The position numbers and the translations under genes are program-made. Positions 24,836 through 35,545 of a DNA stretch of 64,000 nucleotides are shown here, piece after piece (position 1 is the first letter of the stretch; every line of letters starts with the position of its first letter). Source of the stretch: Histomonas meleagridis 2922-C6/04-290x (Eukaryota; Protista; Parabasalia). Below the pieces are notes generated by a model that saw only the letters and a list, made by a program, of their open reading frames with translations, did not search any database and was not told where the DNA came from. Where the stretch lies: NCBI GenBank assembly GCA_020184695.1, contig JAANOX010000221.1, positions 1 to 64,000 of the forward strand, in the 5' to 3' direction.

Positions 24836-25975
24836 ATGAGACCAAACAAAAATCATCGCTACAACAACAAATGTTTGTTTTTAATACAAAGGAACAACCA
24901 CCTATTCATCATTGGATTAATATTGGTCAATTTTTTATACGCATTTATTGCAAACATATTTTATGAACCAAATCCAAACGTAGTATTAAGAACTGCAGGC
25001 AATTTGGACATTGACGTAGTTTATACCTGGGTTAATGGCACTGATCCTCATTGGCAACATATTAAATCCCTAAAAGAAAAGGAGTATAATGTAACAATCA
25101 AAAAAAATGTTAATGCAGGTCGTTTCATCGACTTTGAAGAAATAAGGTATTCTCTTCGTAGTGTTTTCAAGAATATTCCATGGGTTCACAAGGTATATAT
25201 AATCACCGACAACCAAACCATTTCATATCTTTCTGAAGATCCTCGGATTGTTTATGTCGACCACAGGACCATCTTCCCCCCAGATGCCTTGCCAACGTAC
25301 AATTCTAATGCAATAGAATTCTGCATCATGAACATCCCTGGTTTATCAAATCAATTTCTTTATGCGAATGATGATTTCTTTTTTGCGCGGCCCAGCACCA
25401 AAGACGTTTTCTTTGAACCTAATGGTAATCCAAAGATACCGACTCACAAATCTAAATGGCCAAATGCCACCAAAAGTTTCAAAGAGATGTCAAAGTCCAA
25501 ATATCGCGACAATTTTGGTGCTCAACAATACAATACTGTTCTCAAGCGGACAGCGTCCGTTTTTGAAACAAAGATTGGGCGTGATGCACATGGCTCAGCG
25601 CCGCATAGCATATTCCCATGTTCGTTGAAGCTTTGTCGTAAGGCATATGAAATCTTTGGAAAAGAAATTGATGAAGTACGACATCATCATTTTCGTTCAT
25701 ATACTGATATGCTTTTCCAACTGCTGATGGTATTTACATGTGATCTAGATCCTTCGTTATGTACAAAAACTTCCCCGTCCGGTTATGCAAGATTCTTGCA
25801 ATTACACGGAAAGAAAGAAAATTCACCATTCAAAGATTTCGATCCTTCAAAGGTCGTAACTTTTTGCGTTAACTCAGACTCGGCGACAACAGACGAATTA
25901 AGACTGATTGCTAAAGAATGGTTAGAAAATTGGATGAATGAGCCTTTAAGCATCGAAAAAGATCGAAAGAAATAA
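24836..25975 (+). CDS. Stealth-family hexose-1-phosphate transferase, type II membrane protein
   Basis: CR1 IDVVYTWVNGTDPHW; CR2 EIRYSLRSV..PWVHKVYIITDNQ..LPTYNSNAIE..IPGLSNQFLYANDDFFF; CR4 FCVNS; N-terminal TM helix. Confidence 0.93.
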   Translation: MRPNKNHRYNNKCLFLIQRNNHLFIIGLILVNFLYAFIANIFYEPNPNVVLRTAGNLDIDVVYTWVNGTDPHWQHIKSLKEKEYNVTIKKNVNAGRFIDFEEIRYSLRSVFKNIPWVHKVYIITDNQTISYLSEDPRIVYVDHRTIFPPDALPTYNSNAIEFCIMNIPGLSNQFLYANDDFFFARPSTKDVFFEPNGNPKIPTHKSKWPNATKSFKEMSKSKYRDNFGAQQYNTVLKRTASVFETKIGRDAHGSAPHSIFPCSLKLCRKAYEIFGKEIDEVRHHHFRSYTDMLFQLLMVFTCDLDPSLCTKTSPSGYARFLQLHGKKENSPFKDFDPSKVVTFCVNSDSATTDELRLIAKEWLENWMNEPLSIEKDRKK

Positions 25976-26389
25976 TAAATCAAATAGAGAAAAATGCCAT
26001 TAAAACGAAAGAAATAAACATTTTAGAATTTTTTTATCATTCAAGTTTTGAATAAAAAACAAAGTTCAGCAGTTGTTTCTATAAATATGACATAGCTTTT
26101 TGAGTACAATTTAATTGTTTCGACAATGGAAATTGAAATATGAAATGTTAACAAAACTACAAGCCATTATGTAGAAATAAATAATTAATATATGATGAAT
26201 ACTTTACGAGAGATTACAAAGATGTAATGTTAAAAAGCATCATTTCTCATAAATAAAACTTTTAATAGGCCCTGGGCAAAAAAAATATCCCAAATTAGCA
26301 ACATTACTATATTACTTCATGTTTTTTTCAAATCTTTTGGTATCGATTTAACAGTCTGAACACAAAATTAGTTGAGAGGCTTTAAAAGT

Positions 26390-26570
26390 AGAATATCATA
26401 AAGGACATATGTATACACTAATCACTAGAGATGGCAATGTAATGATTAAACCTCGATATCAATTAATTTAAATAGAAATAACTCACTTAGAAAATATTAA
26501 ATGAGTTTATACTATACTAGGCAGATAGAATGGCGTTATAACAATAATATTAAATTATGATAATACGAAT
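26390..26570 (+). pseudogene. Maverick integrase C-terminal fragment (second copy)
   Basis: ATGTATACACTAATCACTAGAGATGGCAATGTAATGATTAAACCTCGATATCAATTAATT parallels 18,781-18,840; contains stops. Confidence 0.7.
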
Positions 26571-26599
26571 AATAGAAAGAATTCTTATAAGTGATTCAA

Positions 26600-26990
26600 A
26601 TATAGTATCATTTAATATAAAGAGTTCTATAGATAAGCATTTTAACTTATCGTTGTTAGGCGTTCAAATATTAAGCATGTCGACACGTATAATGAACGAA
26701 GTGATGTGCTTAGCATATGACATTGGCTGTAAAATCTTTTATCAAGATACAGACTCAATGCATATTGTAAAATCGGATTTACCTAAATTAGAAACAGCCT
26801 TCGAGGCTAAATATATTAGAAAATTAATAGGTAATAATTTAGGGCAATTTAATCCCGATTTCACAAGTGACGATGGAAGAAGCGATGTCAACTGTTCAGT
26901 TGAAAGCTACTTCATCATGAAGAAAATCTATATAGACAAATTATTATATAATGATGGCAATATAGGTTTTATGTCTAGGGCAAATAACAT
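26600..26990 (+). pseudogene. Protein-primed family B DNA polymerase (pPolB), C-terminal fragment
   Basis: KHFNLSLLGVQILSMSTRIMNEV..IFYQDTDSMHI..LIGNNLGQF..KKIYIDKL, including the PolB catalytic YxDTDS motif, within ORF 26557-27066. Confidence 0.9.
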
Positions 26991-28039
26991 ATTAACCGAT
27001 ACTAGATATATACATGCACTACATCTACATCTTACAGTTATGAAGATCATGAACCTGGATATCTAAAGCATGTACTTGGTTGTTATTCAATATTTGAAGA
27101 AAAAGCGAAAATATGTGAAAAAATCAAACATTTCAAATTAAACCTTTATATATCGAGTAATGACGTGATTTTATTTTTAATGTATTAATATGAGAGTGAT
27201 ATTTTTTTACATAAATTCTCATGTATCAGCATTATTTAAATTGTTAAGAATAAGAAATTTTTGTTTAAATATAAGGTGTGATTTTTTTCTGCAATGTTAA
27301 AATTAATATGAATTGAGCTGCATGATCATCAAAAATTAAACGTGTTATTAAAAGATGAAGACAAACTCCTTTTCGATTTTTCATTATTTCGGATAAATTC
27401 ATTTATAAATATAATTTAAATCTAATTATATTGATACATGCAAGTAGGTAATATTGAATTTTATGTCTTATTAAAATATATTGACATAATCCAAAGATAT
27501 TATCATTTTTGGTTTTGTTATAACAATTAGCGGTTACGTGACACACTCTTATTTCTTCTTATCGTTTTCCGACCAATTAATGATAGAAATTAACCGAAGC
27601 AAAAATAAGCACTTCAAAAAGAATCACAAATTAATTAAAAAAAATAGCAGTTGAATATAAATAAAAATATAAATATAAATAGAAGACTAATAATATTTTA
27701 ATTTTTGCTTGGTCACATTAAAAATCTATTGACCAATTTTTTTTTGGCCAAATATTTCTTAAAAAAATAAATAATTTTTTCTTAAAAATTAAAAAATGAA
27801 CATTTCTAGACAACAATCTGTTATAAAACAAAATCATTTATTTTTAATTTTAAGCAATTATGTTATCATCAAAATGAAAAGATATTTGAAAAATATATAT
27901 CTGATCATATTATTTTTTATCTATAACTTTACAATACAAAATTTCTGATATTATTGATGACTCAGTAAATATAAATACATCAAATTATACATTTGAGGAT
28001 TTCATCAAAAAAACGTTACTTAAAATATGAATTTGCAAA

Positions 28040-28980
28040 ATCACTGTCAGACTTACGCGGAGTATTTGGATTTTGTTAAGGAAGAGTATACATTAAAGAA
28101 ATCAAAAATAAACAGAGTTTTATGAGGGAAATGTCAATGACAAAAATTCATGATGAGTTATGCTTTACAAACCGTTTAAGAATAATACTCAAATCACTCT
28201 TTTAAAGATCGTATCAAAATACTCAGACTATTTCTTATATGATGATGTGATATTTGCGGCAAGACACAAAGAATTCGACGTAAACAGAACAATTAATATA
28301 TTCTAAGATTTAAAATATAAAAATCAACATCAAATGATTTTCCTAAACTTCAGCCATTATTAATTCATATTAAAAATATTGTTTGCAATCACGACGAAGA
28401 CAAATATGATTGTTTTATGAAATGGCGGTCTTGTATTTTGCGAAGTATAACAGTAAAGAATGGCACAATGCCAATAATTTATGGAGCTCAAGGCTCAGGA
28501 ATAAGTCTGCCTATTGAATTATTTTGTGATATTCTAGGTAATTATGCATTAAGAAATTGTGATTACCTAGACAAAGTATTTGGTAAGTTTAACGGTTTGA
28601 TTGACCGAAATTTAGTAATAGTCATTAACGAACCTCCATAAGCTACAGAGAAATTCAAATATTTGTGAAAAATAAAATCAAAGCTTACGCTATTAAAGAA
28701 ACAAAAGGAATTGATCAAATTGAGATTGAATCCTGGGGGAAATGTATCTTAACTTCTAATAATCCTAATCCTATACAAGAAGAAAAAGGTGATAGACGTT
28801 TGATTTACTTTGAAGTTAATAATTCTAAATGTGGAGACGAAGAATATTTTGATGGTTTGTGTAAGGAATTCCAGCCAATTAAACAAGGTGATTACGTGCA
28901 AGAATATATGTAATTACTTTTACATTACATGAAAACACAAGTTGATGTTTCTGAAATAATCCCGAAGCATTAAAACCAAA
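28040..28980 (+). pseudogene. D5-like superfamily 3 helicase remnant (Maverick)
   Basis: Walker A GAQGSG(K>I)S, Walker B LVIVINE, motif C ILTSNN and arginine finger GDRRL in ORFs 28417-28641 and 28665-28913; multiple stops. Confidence 0.85.
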
Positions 28981-29192
28981 GGAACAAATATCTAACCTTT
29001 ACACAATAATTGAATATAAAGCTTATGAAGAATCGTTTAATGAGGAAGAAGAATCAGAGGAACGGACGAAGTCTCTGAGCTCTTCGAGCAAAGAAGAAAA
29101 ACCAGTAAATTAAGAAGTTCTTGATGTGTAGAGTTTTTTTTTTTGTCAAATAACTTATAAAAATATTTGAAATATATAACTTATGTATAATT

Positions 29193-29626
29193 TAAACATA
29201 GCCACAAATTATTTTGAATTTTGCGTAATAAATCTTGACTTGTTTATTATATATATCTCTACACAAAACGAAAGCAGAACCGCGCTTATCATAACAGATT
29301 GTTAATTTTCTAAATTTAATATCGTTCCAAAAGTATAACACATTTGATTCGTCGTCGTAGTAATAATCCTCAAATTGATGAGCTGCATACTCTCTAACTT
29401 CGACTGAATCCTCATTAATTTCATCATAAAATTCAAAATCCTTCCTGTATGATACACGATTATTTGATTTTCAGACGCCGAAACACAACGGAGATTATTA
29501 ATGTTATTATTAGTTTTATTATGATATGTGATCTATTTGTGTTATATTGTTTTTTCTTCTTACTTGATTCGGAAATTCGGAAAATATTTCATAATCTTTA
29601 TCTACAACACAATCGATCCAACTCAT
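29193..29626 (-). pseudogene. HNH endonuclease pseudogene, paralog of 15,595-16,155, internally deleted
   Basis: rc reads MSWIDCVVDKDYEI..IDHI..NNLRCVSASEN..FEFYDEINEDSVEV..EDYYYDD. LTICYDKRGSA is shared at the DNA level (AAATTAACAATCTGTTATGATAAGCGCGGTTCTGCT). Confidence 0.85.
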
Positions 29627-29876
29627 ATTTTTATAGAAATTAAAAAAATAAATTTTTTAAAAAATGAACTTAATTTTCTGATTATGTGAAATCATCCGAA
29701 AAATGCAAGTTTACGTGAGTTGCTGTGGGTCCTGCAAAAATGCAGTACCTATGAATATGTCGAAGAAATAAAAAGCCATGAAACATTAACGTACAAAAAT
29801 ATTTCTTCATTCATCTGAATAATATATGAATGTGTTGAATGATGCAATACTAAGAAGCAAATGTATTTCGGAAGAG

Positions 29877-30000
29877 TTTGTCGTTAAATCTATGTAGATT
29901 TTAGTGATTTGTCGTTAATCCTAAGTAGATTTTAGTGATTTGTCGTTAATCCTAAGTAGATTTTAGTGATTTGTCGTTAATCCTAAGTAGATTTTAGTGT
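29877..30000. repeat. 31-bp tandem repeat x4
   Basis: Unit TTTGTCGTTAATCCTAAGTAGATTTTAGTGA, head-to-tail with no spacers; a single-copy relative is at 11,873-11,903. Confidence 0.95.
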
Positions 30001-30886
30001 TTGGGCTTAAAGTTGTTATCAAATGATGTTTTTATCGAAAAAGTATAATTAAAATTTCAAAAGTGATTTTTAACAAAAAAATTCACCCTCAACGAAACGG
30101 AGGAAATGAGCATTTTTTGTATTATTTAACGCAAATATTGCAAGTTTGCAGCAGTTACTGAAAGATTAACTTTTTTTGTTTTTTTAACCCTTGAATCAAT
30201 TAACGTGTAACACTAACGGAAGAAGTTGATTTTACGTGTTTATTCTTATTCATTGACATATAACACTAACGGAAGAAGTTGATTTTAGAAACAAGTATTT
30301 TTCAGTTGAATGACAAGAAAATTGATTATCAGTAATTGAGTCATAGTTGAATCTTCATTTAGATTCAAAAATAAATACAATCACTCTTGATAAGAATATA
30401 GTGATAAAACAGAAACAACTAACGTAAATACAATCACTTTTGATAAAAATCAAATGATAAAACATATAACATCATTCATTTAACGACAAACTAACTAACT
30501 AAAAAAAGTTATTGGCTAAAGGAAATCCGGAAGAGATGATTGAGTTATTCTTATTTAATGATATGAGCCGATTATTGCAAGTTTACGTGATCTATTGATT
30601 TCTCATAAATACATCTTCCGTTAATCCTATGTCGAATATATATTTTTCATATTATTTTTTGTTTGCAACCTACCAACTTAACTTAACCTTATTAAAAATT
30701 CGAGAAAGCCTTATTGTAAAAGTCAGTATATTTTCGAGGTTGGATTTTAACTTGATGATTTGACTTGAATATTGCAAGTTTGCGGGAGCTACTGAATGAA
30801 AGCGTTAACGAACAAGTAGATTTTACACAAAACATATATACTAGCTGATAACTTAATATACCAGGTAATTACCAGGTAAAATTGCG

Positions 30887-31811
30887 ATTAGCTAAAGGAA
30901 ATTCAAAATTGTTCTGTGAATTATTCCAATTTAATGATTTGACGTGAATATTGCAAGTTTACGTGAGATATTGATTGATTAACAAACGGAGACATAAATT
31001 TAGAAACAAGAATTTTTATGTATAAATGATTCAAAAATTGATTTTCAGTAATTATATAAACATTAATTGAAAGTTGTTGCATTCGACGAATGAGAGCATT
31101 AACCCCTCAAAAATACTTCTTCATTCATACGAATAGTTAATGAATATGTCGAGTGATACAATAATAATTGAGCGCCAAGTAAACCAAAACACAATTGCAA
31201 GTTGTTTGATGTATAGTATTATTGCAATATCTCTGAATTACGTACGACCTGAAGATATGTTGTTGTTTGATCCGAAAAGTAAATTTTCAAAGTTAAAAAT
31301 TAATTATAGCACGAAAAATAAAGAACATAAAAAATTGAGTGTACGATTGATAAGTAATTATTCGCATAATACCAAAAACAAAAGCTTAAATTCTTTTGAA
31401 TCATATGATAAAAAAAATGATTTATCAGATGCTTTATTTCAAGCGTTAGTACTTATTGCTGAAAAGAATGAAATGGAAAATAATGAAAAGAACGAAAAGA
31501 AAAATAATGAATCGGATAAAAGAGAGAGTAAAGTTTCATTAAATGAACCGCGATTGCTTCTCACGAATTACTTGTAATTTTTCAGTATTGATTTCTTTAT
31601 TGTATCATTCGTCGAATGCAACAACTTTTAATTAATGTTTATATAATTACTGAAAATCAATTTTTGAATCATTTATACATAAAAATTCTTGTTTCTAAAT
31701 TTATGTCTCCGTTTGTTAATCAATCAATATCTCACGTAAACTTGCAATATTCACGTCAAATCATTAAATTGGAATAATTCACAGAACAATTTTGAATTTC
31801 CTTTAGCTAAT
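30887..31811. repeat. 207-bp near-perfect inverted repeat (30,887-31,093 / 31,605-31,811) around a 511-bp spacer
   Basis: Arms read as reverse complements with one mismatch seen by eye (AATTGAAAG versus AATTAAAAG). Confidence 0.92.
31140..31577 (+). pseudogene. Poxvirus A22/RuvC-like Holliday junction resolvase, 5'-truncated
   Basis: IIIERQ..N.IA..LMYSI, DPKSKF, EHKKLSV and KKNDLSDALFQAL match the A22-type ExQ and KKDDxADAxxQA motifs. The N-terminal acidic DxG strand is absent. Confidence 0.7.
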
Positions 31812-32039
31812 TATGTATGTAATACTTGATGAATTTATTGTTGCTGGTGGAGTTGATGAATGTAATAGGCAAATAATCTTAAACAGAATGAAACAATTAG
31901 ATGCTATTGACAAAACCAAAAACAATTATTTTATCTTTGTTGACATTCTAATTTAAATTTTATGTAAAATTTAGGCTAACTTGTGACTTGCAAGTCATTT
32001 TAAAATATTAATTTTTAAATCATTAAAATAAATATGAAA

Positions 32040-32510
32040 TAAAACAAATTGATATATTTTTCGCATTAATATCAATTCCTTTTTGTTCAAGAAGTATTTT
32101 TAACAATTTCTATATAACTATTTTTTTAGATGCAAACATAAGTACTGTGTCAAATAGGTAAAATAGGTTTCAAATATTTTTTTAAAATATAAAATTATTA
32201 TAACAAATATCAAATAATACAAATAAATATCTTTAGCATTAATATCATTTTCTTTTTGTTCAAGAAGTATTTTAACAATTTCTATATGACCATTTTTAGA
32301 TACAAACATGGATGCTGTTTTAAATATTTTAAATAGATTCCATATATTATATTATTTCAAAATATCAAATCATTAAATTAAATCCTAAATAAAACAAATT
32401 GATATTTTTAGCATCAATATCAATACCTTTTTGTTCGAAAAGTAATTTAACAAGCTCTATTTGCTAATTTTCAGATGCATAATTAAGTACTGTTTGAAAT
32501 AAGATAAATA
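32040..32510 (-). pseudogene. Ankyrin-repeat array remnant (3 units, ~174-bp period)
   Basis: Three (TA/TV)xxxASxNxxxE(I/L)VK(I/L)LxEQKxxDI(N/D)AK units, each followed by an AT-rich spacer; stops and frameshifts present. Confidence 0.75.
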
Positions 32511-33824
32511 ATTTTCGAATATTATTATGATGTCCCTAAATTATTAAAATAAATTACATTAATTGATTTATATCTTCCTGAATTTCTCCTTTACAGAATT
32601 ATCATTAACATCCTCATTCTCACCTTCACAATTTGTGACTTATAATATATAGAAAAAATTTAAAGAAAGAAATTGACATCAATAAATCAAATGAATATAA
32701 TATAAAGAAAAAATTAAAAATATTAAAAAACACAGATATGGAATTTGATGATTTAAAAATTATTCTAGCTATAGTGAGATAAAAGGATATGAATTTAGTA
32801 TAATGTTTCTTATCATTAACAAATTTTATTATGATTGTTTTGAACATTTTAAATTTTTCTTTTTGCAAAAAATGAAAAAAATTTATACTATGTAGTAAAT
32901 AGAACCTCCTCGTGGGGGGCCCCGAACACATAGCGATCATTTTTGACAGTTAACCATTACCATCAAACCAAAAATTTAGGGTTATCGTTTTTTGCTACAG
33001 ACAAACCTTGTCAATTTTAGTCGCAAAAAAAATAATTTAGATGTCATTTTACTGTAATTAAATTTGTTAGATAAAAATTAGATGGAACAAAAAGTCAGAT
33101 TTTGATGAAAAAAATTATGATATTAGGATATGAGATAACAAAATCATATAAATTATTGATTTTTATAATTTCTTCACATTTTTTAAGTTTCATTTACTGG
33201 TGAATGCCCTTAATTAGAAATTTTATAAATATCATATGCTGAAAAAAAGAAAGAGAATAAAAGATTTATGAATAATAAATAAAACATTATAATATTTTTA
33301 AATTCACATATCTGTTTAAAGAATAATAGTAAAATAATATTGGATGGGGGAAAAAAATGTACATTTTAGCATAAGGATATTTTTAATAAACTGGATGCAG
33401 ATTTCCAACGATAGAATCAAATGAATAAAAAATCATCAGATTTATATTCAAAAACTGAAGTAATAAACCAAGAAAGTTGTAGAAAAACAAACAACTTACA
33501 AAAGATTCAAAAACACAAAAACTATTATAAGATACATACTAAAAAATTAAACAAAATAGACAAAAATGCTAAAAATGATTAAGTGAATCACAGGTGTTTG
33601 AAAGAGAGAAATAAATTGAAATTATTTAACATGTTAAATAAAATACATTTCAAACACTAACAAGAAAACTTGGGTATAATTTCCCGGGGTTTTTCTTTTT
33701 GTTATTAAAATGTCATTTTGCACCCCCAATTTTAAATATGTTTATCAATGACTTATTCATTTAAATTTAATAGACCCAAAACGTCATTAAGCACTAAGCC
33801 GCCTACCAAGTGTTAACCCTTTGC

Positions 33825-33830
33825 TCATTT
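33825..33830 (+). promoter_or_regulatory. Trichomonad initiator (Inr)-like element upstream of histone H3
   Basis: TCATTT a few nt before ATG 33,837, matching the TCA(Y)T(W) Inr consensus and typical spacing. Confidence 0.5.
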
Positions 33831-33836
33831 CCATTA

Positions 33837-34255
33837 ATGGCACGTACCAAACAAACAGCACGTAAGTCAACCGGTGGTAAGACGCCGCGTAAGTCACTCG
33901 GCGCTAAGGCAGCACGTAAGTCAACACCAGTTGTTGATTCGCAAGGCGCTAAGAAGCAGCATCGTTTCAGACCGGGTACAGTTGCACTCCGTGAAATCCG
34001 TAAATATCAAAAAAGAGCACAGACCTCCTTATCCGTAAGCTTCCATTCCAACGTCTTGTTCGTGAAATTGCATCTGGATTCCGCGGAGATCTCCGTTTCC
34101 AATCATCAGCCATCGCAGCACTTCAGGAAGCCTCAGAAGCATATCTTGTTGGTCTTTTTGAAGATACAAACCTTTGTGCGATTCATGCAAACCGTGTTAC
34201 AATTATGGAACGCGATGTCCAACTTGCACAAAGAATACGCGGTGAACGTAACTAA
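33837..34255 (+). pseudogene. H3: Histone H3 (trichomonad type) with a +2 homopolymer frameshift
   Basis: [32 protein letters not shown]. Removing 2 A from CAAAAAAG (~34,009-14) restores [36 protein letters not shown] (138 aa; 419 nt = 417+2). Confidence 0.95.
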
Positions 34256-35383
34256 ATGTTTCCTTGAACTTATTTTTAGAATTTATTAAAAATGGAATTC
34301 GATTTAAAGCAATTATAAATTACAAGATTTGCTTCGCGTGGTTTACGAAGCGTAGCGTAGCAAACCAACAAATTATTTAAAAATAATGTTAAAGCAAAAA
34401 AACACTATTTGATAACTTACAAATAAATATTCTAAAAATTGTATAAATTTAAGAATTATAGAATCACAAAATAACTTTTAATTTTAATAAAACAAAATAC
34501 CAAAATGAATTATCGCTTTTGACTTGTTCAAAAGTATTTTCATCATTTATATATATATATATATAATAGAATCATTGAGATTAGTGTTTTTTATTTTGGG
34601 CAAAAATAGAACAAAATGGGCAGGGCACACCTAACGATAGGAGTTGAATAAGTGTCACTTTTAGAACAGGATCTCTTGCAACAAAACTTTTAGAAAAGTG
34701 AAATCAATCTTTTAGGCTTTAGGGTTTCAAGGAGTTTAAGCATATTTTCCAATGTTTACATATAAAAAATATGTGCCTCCGTGGGCAGAGATCTGCCCAA
34801 AATGAAAAACCCTAATTGAGATATAGATAGAAAATTATAAAAAAGATAAGAGTATAATAGAAAAATATTGGGAGTGAGAAAATTAATGATTGAGTTAATT
34901 TCAATGAAACGCATGATCATATATTGTTTGAAATACAATGATCACCATATAGATGATGTTTTAATCGAAAATAAAATAAATTTTATATAAAAAAATGAGT
35001 GTAAAAAAATTATTATTTTAAAAGATAAAAGAAAATATCAAAAACATGAGGTGAGCGGGTCGTTATAATATACTTTCCCAAATGGGCATCAGATAGCCGA
35101 CAATATGAACCGAATGTTTTTTTTTTTTCGATTTTTTCATCACCAAAAAGGAATCTGTTTTCATTGAAATAAGATGACAGAAATAATTTCATTGAAACAA
35201 AACGGTTTTTATAATTTTTAAATTCAAATATCTTTATTAATTATCATTAAATCAATTATTTTTTTAAATTATGATCTAAATTTTAGTTATTAAGTGTTTT
35301 TAAATCATTCATTATTTTCAAGATAATCTATTTTTCGAGATACGTGAAATCGCATTCAATTTTTGACGGTTTTGAAATTTTAA

Positions 35384-35545
35384 GATGTTGATCATCGTAC
35401 CATCTTTCCACCCATTGCATTGCCAACCTATAATGCAAATGCGCTTGAGTTTCATGTTATTAATATTGCTGGGTTATCAAATCAATTCTTATATGTTAAC
35501 GATGATTTCTTCTTTGCACGTCCAACCAAAAAAGACACATCTTTG
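35384..35545 (+). pseudogene. Isolated Stealth CR2 gene fragment
   Basis: DVDHRTIFPPIALPTYNANALEFHVINIAGLSNQFLYVNDDFFFARPTKKD versus VDHRTIFPPDALPTYNSNAIEFCIMNIPGLSNQFLYANDDFFFARPSTKD in the intact gene; flanks are unrelated. Confidence 0.85.

Noticed and set aside
29877-30000. CRISPR-like array (31-bp repeats)
   Set aside because: Repeats are head-to-tail with no unique spacers, there are no cas genes, and the context is eukaryotic.
10653-31811. Adenoviral-type maturation protease expected in Mavericks
   Set aside because: No His-Asp/Glu-Gln-Cys protease motif was recognised; it may lie in the missing left parts of the elements.
32900-33730. GC-rich patches (CCTCGTGGGGGGCCCCG; TTCCCGGGG; CACCCCC) as transposon ends
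   Set aside because: No convincing inverted pairing, TSD or transposase remnant between them.
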